This document shows, in pieces, positions 60,030 to 64,000 of a DNA stretch of 64,000 bases. The stretch lies in NCBI RefSeq assembly GCF_963921235.1, contig NC_086097.1, positions 229,898,001 through 229,962,000 of the forward strand. The letters are read 5' to 3'. Source of the stretch: Mobula hypostoma (Eukaryota). The translations under genes and the position numbers were made by a program. Each line of letters starts with the position of its first letter. Position 1 is the first letter of the stretch. The notes beneath the pieces were generated by a model. It was not told the DNA's origin. It did no database searches and saw only the letters and a list, made by a program, of their open reading frames with translations.

Positions 60030-63000
60030 ATAGAGCAGTAGAGCAGAGGAACAAACCATTCTGCCCACAATGTTGTGCCGAACCAATTAAACTAGTAATC
60101 AAATGGATAACTAATCTCTTCTGCCTACACAATGTCCATATCTTTCCATTGTCCTCACATTCATATGCCTATGTAAACATCTCTTAAAGGTCTCTAATGT
60201 TTCTGCCTCTACCAGTCAGTGCATTCCAGGCATCCACCACTTTCTGTGTGAAAACTTGCCTCTCACATCTTCTTTGAAAGTACTCCCTCTCACCTTAAAT
60301 GCATGCTCTCTGGTATTAAACATTTGAACCCTTTGAATAAGGAGACATCTTTCTCCATCTATGCCTCTATAATCTAATAAACCTCTAACATTTCTACCCT
60401 CAGCCTCCACAGCTCCAGAAGAAAAAAAACCTGTTTGTCCAACCTCTCGTAATGCCCTTTAATCCAGGCAACATCCTGATAAACTTCTTCTGCACCCTCA
60501 CTAAAGCCTTGACATCCTTCCTATAATTTGGCGAATAGAACTGTATGCAGTTCTTCAGCTGTGGTTTAACTAAAATCTTATCTTAGTGCAACACAACTTC
60601 CTGATTTTTGAACTCATTACCTAGACTAATAAAAGAAGCAAGCCATATGCCTTAACTACTCCATCAGCCTGTGTAGTGCCTCTCTGGGAGCTATGAATTT
60701 GGTCCCCAAGATCCTTCTGTTCATCAATACTTAACTATCTTGCATTTAATCCACCAAGGTGCAACACTTCACATTTGGACAGGTTAAACGTGATCTGCCA
60801 TGTTTCCACCCATATCTGCAACTGATCTATATCCCATTGTATTCTTTGCCAGTCTTCATGTTATCCACACCACCACCACTCTTCCTAACATCTGCAAACT
60901 TACTAATCCACTCATTTATGTTTTCGTCCAGGTTATTTATATACATCACAAACAGCAGAGGTCCCAGTACAGATCCCTGTAGAACATCACTAATCACAGA
61001 CTAGCTAGTATTAGCCTCTTCATCTACTGTCCTCTGTCTTCTATGGGCAAGCCAATTCTGAATCCAAAACAGCCAGTTCACCATGGATCCCAAGCATCTT
61101 AATCTTCTGGATAAGCCTCCCATGAGGGACCTTGTCAAACGCCTTACAACATCCACAGCTCCAACTTCATCACCCACCCTTATCACCTTGTCAAAACACT
61201 CAATAAAGTTAGTAAGACATGATTTGCCCAGTACAAAGCTATGCTGGTTCTCCCTAATTAGGCCATGGTTTTTCAAATGCTCATAAATCTTTTCCTTAAG
61301 AACTCTCTCCAGTAATTCTCTCCAGGTTGAGGTTCTGAACTGGAAGAAGGCCAAATTTGAAGAAATGAGAAAGGATCTAAAAAGCGTGGATTGGGACAGG
61401 TTGTTCTCTGGCAAAGATGTGATTGGTAGGTGGGAAGCCTTCAAAGGGGAAATTTTGAGAGTGCAGAGTTTGTATGTTCCTGTCAGGATTAAGGGCGAAT
61501 TGAATAGGAATAAGGAACCTTGGTTCTCAAGGGATATTGCAACTCTGGTAAAGAAGATGAGGGAGTTGTATGAAATGTATAGGAAACAGGGAGTAAATCA
61601 GGTGCTTGAGGAGTATAAGAAGTGCAAGAAAATACTTAAGAAAGAAATCAGGAGGGCGAAAAGAAGACATGAAGTTGCCTTGGCAGTCAAAGTGAAGGAT
61701 AATCCAAAGAGCTTTTACAAGTATATTAAGAGCAAAAGGATTGTAAGGGATAAAATTGGTCCTCTTGAAGATCAGAGTGGTCGGCTTTGTGCGGAACCAA
61801 AGGAAATGGGGGAGATCGTAAATAGGTTTTTTGCATCTGTATTTACTAAAGAAGCTGGCATGAAATCTATGGAATTGAGGGAATCAAGTAGTGAGACCAT
61901 GGAAACTGTACAGATTGAAAAGGAGGAGGTGCTTGCTGTCTTGAGGAAAATTAAAGTGGATAAATCCCCAGGACCTGACAGAGTGCTCCCTCGGACCTTG
62001 AAGGAGACTAGTGTTGAAATTGCGGGGGCCCTAGCAGAAATATTTAAAATGTCGCTGTCTATGGGTGAAGTGCCAGAGGATTGGAGAGTGTTGTTCCGTT
62101 GTTTAAAAAAGGATCGAAAAGTGATCCGGGAAATTATAGGCCGGTGAGTTTAACGTCAGTAGTAGGTAAGTTATTGGAGGGAGTACTAAGAGACAGAATC
62201 TACAAGCATTTGGATAGACAGGGGCTTATTAGGGAGAGTCAACATGGCTTTGTGCGTGGTAGGTCATGTTTGAGCGATCTGTTGGAGTTTTTCGAGGAGG
62301 TTACCAGGAAAGTGGATGAAGTTTCTGTGCTGTAGTTTCTATGGTAACCACCTATCACTGACATGAGACTCACCAGCCTATAGTTTCCAGGATTATCTCT
62401 TATTCCCTTCTTGAATAATGGAATAACATTAGCTACTTGCTAGTGCTCTGGGACCTGTCCTGTGGCTAGAAAGGACACAAAGATATTGGTCAAGCCTTTG
62501 GCAATCTCCTCCCTTGCCTCTGTCAATAACCTGGGAACTTATCGATCTTAATGCTATTTAAGAGATCCAACAGTACCTAGCATATCAATTCACTCAGCAC
62601 TGATCTCTCTATCCTCCACATCCTTCTCCTTGGTAAATTTTGATGTAAGGTACTCATTAAGGACGTCACCCACCTCCTCCACATCCAAGCAAATGTTCCC
62701 TCCTTTTTCTTGAATAGCCCTCCTTAGTTATCCTCTTGCTCTTGATGTATATATAGAGTGCCTTGGGATTCTCTTTAATCCTACTTGCCAAGGACTTTTC
62801 GTGGCCCCTCCTGGCTTTCATAATTCCCTTCTTGAGTTTTTTTCTGGGTTCATTAAAATCCTCAAGGGCTCTGTTTGATTTTAGTTTCCTAAGCTTTACA
62901 TACTTTTTTTTTCTGGACTGAATTCATCACCTCTCTTGCATCTGAGGTTCTCTTACCTTGCCATCCTTGTCCTTCCTTCTGACTGGAACATACCTGCCCT

Positions 63001-64000
63001 GTGCTTTTTGTGCAGTTGGTCTTTAAACAACCTCCATGTGTCAGATGTGGCCTTGCCCAAAATAGCTGTTAACAATGAACTCTCGCTAGTGCTCTCGTAA
63101 TTTGCCCTGCCCCAATTTAATACTCCCCTGCAAGGTCCATACTTATCCATATCTACAGTTGTGATCACGATTCCCTAACTGCTCACCCACTGAAAGGTTG
63201 GTCATCTGGCCAGACTCATTACCCAACATCAAGTCCAGTATAGCCCCTCCTCTTGTTGGACTATCTACATATTGATTTAAGAAACCCTCCTGGATGCACC
63301 AAACAAATTCTAGCCCATCTAAACCTCTTGCACTCAGAAGGTCCCAGTTTATATTAGGGAAGTTAAAGTCCCCATATCAACAACACTATTGTATAAACAC
63401 CTTTCCTTAATCTGCTGACATATCTGCTCCTCAGTGTCCCAGTCACTACTGGGGTGTCCGTAGTACAATCCCATCAGTGTGATTGCACCCTTCCTATTTT
63501 TGATTTCTACCCATATACTGTAGGCTCATGGATAAGCCCTTCATTATGTCCCATTTAAATACAGCAGTGATATTGTCCCTGATTAGTAAAACAACTCCCC
63601 CACCTCTCTATCTTTTCTAAAGCATCAAAACCCTGGGACATTAAGCACCCATTCCTGCCCCTCTTTCAACCAAGTCCCTGTAATACAAGATCATATTTCC
63701 GTGTGCTGATCCATGTTCTAAGTTCATCATCTTTACTAATAATACTCTAGCATTAAAATATGCACACTTCAAACTATCTATCCCGTTCCATCTATTACTT
63801 TGGTCCTGCCCTTGACACTTACCTTTCTCTCAATCTCAATTCTGGTGCTCTGATTCCCGTCCTGCTGCCATACTAGTTTAAGCCATCTGGAGCAGCACTA
63901 GCGAACCTTCTGACCAGGATATCAGTTTCCCACCAGTTTAAGTGCAACCTACCCCCCCTGTACACCAGAAAAGGTTCCAACTATCCAAAAACCTGAAACC
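60030..64000 (-). mobile_element. old CR1 LINE interrupted by a young CR1 at 61323-62345
   Basis: ORFs 60216-60410, 61001-61320 (IYEHLKNHGLIRENQHSFV) and 62953-63168, with APE remnants to ~63990. Confidence 0.8.
61323..62345 (+). mobile_element. young CR1 fragment, internally deleted; near-identical inverted copy of ~11470-12470
   Basis: ORFs 61365-62147 and 62081-62335 are almost identical to ORFs 12186-12428 and 10937-12223. It jumps from ..RKVDE straight to the tail gtttctgtgctgtagtttctatggt. Confidence 0.92.

Overview
Eukaryotic DNA, not prokaryotic. This is a repeat-dense vertebrate window, most likely from a cartilaginous fish such as a ray (inferred from the mix of CR1, Penelope, Rex1 and V-SINE repeats). 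Only one host coding exon is supportable: a minus-strand first coding exon (7580->7317) of a ZNF704/ZNF395-family gene, set in CpG-rich sequence with a likely promoter at about 8.8-9.2 kb. The other ~55 kb is mostly nested, decayed transposable elements: many CR1 LINEs, Rex1/Babar, RTE, L2, Penelope-like elements, a two-LTR Gypsy element lacking RT/RNase H, solo LTRs, a Tc1 transposon, MITEs and SINEs. The most notable hidden signal is a family of minimal hammerhead-ribozyme motifs at Penelope termini. Some of these sit in TSD-flanked palindromic insertions with almost no coding sequence. Other oddities: a ~210-bp duplication around a CR1 insertion, a CR1-plus-flank segment repeated in inverted orientation 40 kb away, and a MITE split by a 3.2-kb nest. 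I found no evidence of a wholly new multi-gene system. Family calls come from recognising motifs by eye without database searches, and repeat boundaries are approximate unless a TSD or terminus is quoted.
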